Source of the DNA: Hydrolagus colliei
Lineage: Eukaryota
Assembly (NCBI GenBank): GCA_035084275.1
Contig: CM068749.1
Location: forward strand, 15,004,001 to 15,068,000
Length of the DNA stretch: 64,000 bases
Direction of reading: 5' to 3'
Shown here: piece by piece, positions 62,529 through 64,000 of the stretch
How the letters are laid out: each line of letters begins with the position of its first letter
Numbering within the stretch: position 1 is the stretch's first letter
Notes under the pieces: generated by a model
What the model was told of the DNA's origin: nothing
The model's database searches: none
The model's input: only the letters and a program-made list of their open reading frames with translations
Position numbers and translations under genes: made by a program

Positions 62529-63913
62529 TTTTTTTAAATGTGAGAAGCAAAGTTAACCAGGAACATTGTTACAGCAGTAGAGGAATGTAGCATGGCAAGC
62601 TGCTTTATATTTCCTGCACCTCACTATAGTAAGAGCAATTGAAAAAGTAACACCAGATACTGGATTTTTGCACATGTTCGGCTAAACGATTGCTTTCTGT
62701 CACTGAAGATGGCGGGAGTGCAGCCTGAACCCCTTTCCCAAGCGACACATTAATGACAGATAAAGTAATTTCACTCCAGCGTTTCTCACTTTATCTGATA
62801 TAGACAGACACAATGGGACTGGACTAGCCAGGGAGCACAATAGCTTTTTTTAAAAAAAAGTAATTATTCCACAGAATGATTCTTACTTAAAATGGCTTTA
62901 AAGATGATATCATTGTCATTTTTATTATGCAGAAATATTTCCTTTTTTTAAAAAGTAAATTAAACTTCTGTGTGAGGCCATAAATACACCGTTGTACCAT
63001 TTGAGAACTGATTATAGCATGATGAAGTCCGAGGCGATATGGCTAGAGGCAATGGTGTATATACAGAATAACTTACCAATGATGGACGACTATTGCAGTT
63101 CTTTCCTCCTCATGAAAGATCCGTTAATTTACGGGTAGCACAGGCACTGATCAGTGAAAAAGACCTTTCATATAAGTAGAAGAACTCCTGCGTTGGCCCT
63201 TCATCAGTGAGTTATTCTGTTGATTGTTGAGATTCAATGAAAATGGAAAGAATTTTCACTGATGAATTGACGGTAGCTGCGTTGCTCATGCTCAGAATAT
63301 AAATTCTGAACTGCACTTCAAGAGTAATTCACTGGAGAGAATTTCAATATTTCCTCTGTAGGCAGTGACACAATAAAGGGGAAAATTATCCCACAAATTC
63401 CGATAACTCGTTGTGGTACAAAATTGTTATTCTATTCAAATTACAGAGCAAATGTGAACACAGAATGAAATGTTGTCTTTTGTGTTTAAAGTCAGGGGTC
63501 TCCATTTTAACAGGGTAATTAACACCAGTGTCAGTTTAGTGCTCCATAAATCACAATGCACGGGAGGGAGCAGACACTTACTATTTGGTCTGGTTCCATG
63601 CTGTGTTGGTCAGCAGCATTAGTTCAGTATTTAAAGGACTATTTATTATAGCTTCCAGTGAACCTTTATTTTTAAATCAAAATTGCTTTGGAGAAATTAG
63701 CAAATGGCACTGGATTAAGTCACACCAAATATATTAGTCATTTAAACATTATTTGATAAATTTTAGTAAAGTATTATTCCGCACCCCTACACTCAAAAAT
63801 AAATCTTGTGTGTTTTGTTTATCTGTGCGTTTCCTTGAAGTTATAAAACAAGCATGCTTTTTTTTCGATGGTAGCACCAGATCTGTAAGACTCACATTGT
63901 GGATACATTCTGA

Positions 63914-64000
63914 AGTCCTGTAGCTCAGTGGTTAGAGCACTCACATCACAGTTTCCTTACCCCACACACCTCTGTTTACCTAGCAGTAAGTAGGAATCTG
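63914..64000 (+). mobile_element. SINE 5' end with the same tRNA head but a different body; runs off the window
   Basis: AGTCCTGTAGCTCAGTGGTTAGAGCACTC, an internal deletion, then GTTTCCTTACCCCACACACCTCTGTTTACCTAGCAGTAAG. Confidence 0.7.

Noticed and set aside
1-64000. The many short ORFs in the six-frame track as protein-coding genes
   Set aside because: They are short, overlap on both strands and have no recognisable domains. Recurring peptides such as [17 protein letters not shown] are translations of SINE copies. Only the CR1 and L2 fragments and the start of ORF 22545-22772 reflect real coding sequence.

Overview
This is AT-rich, repeat-dense vertebrate genomic DNA. The repeats (a tRNA-headed SINE with a Deu-like body and L2-type tail, plus CR1 and L2 LINE 3' ends) point to a cartilaginous fish, probably a chimaera such as elephant shark; that assignment is inference. 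The only host coding sequence I can support is two micro-exons on the minus strand: 22763-22727 (MIPEEENYYGKH-G) and 10391-10343 (GEPRKFDATFKGPIHNR). They splice in frame to give the N-terminus of an SLC44 choline-transporter-like protein. The long-intron, gene-poor context favours SLC44A5, but SLC44A2 is not excluded. The rest is intronic or upstream sequence. It holds about 27 copies or fragments of the dominant SINE, older Deu-type SINEs, one young CR1 3' end, L2 remnants, about 12 very short L2 tails, a young hAT MITE with an 8-bp TSD, a Harbinger-like MITE and several unexplained inverted repeats or hairpins. Almost all ORFs in the supplied track are spurious. I found no prokaryotic system or CRISPR array. 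Coordinates of degraded repeats are approximate.
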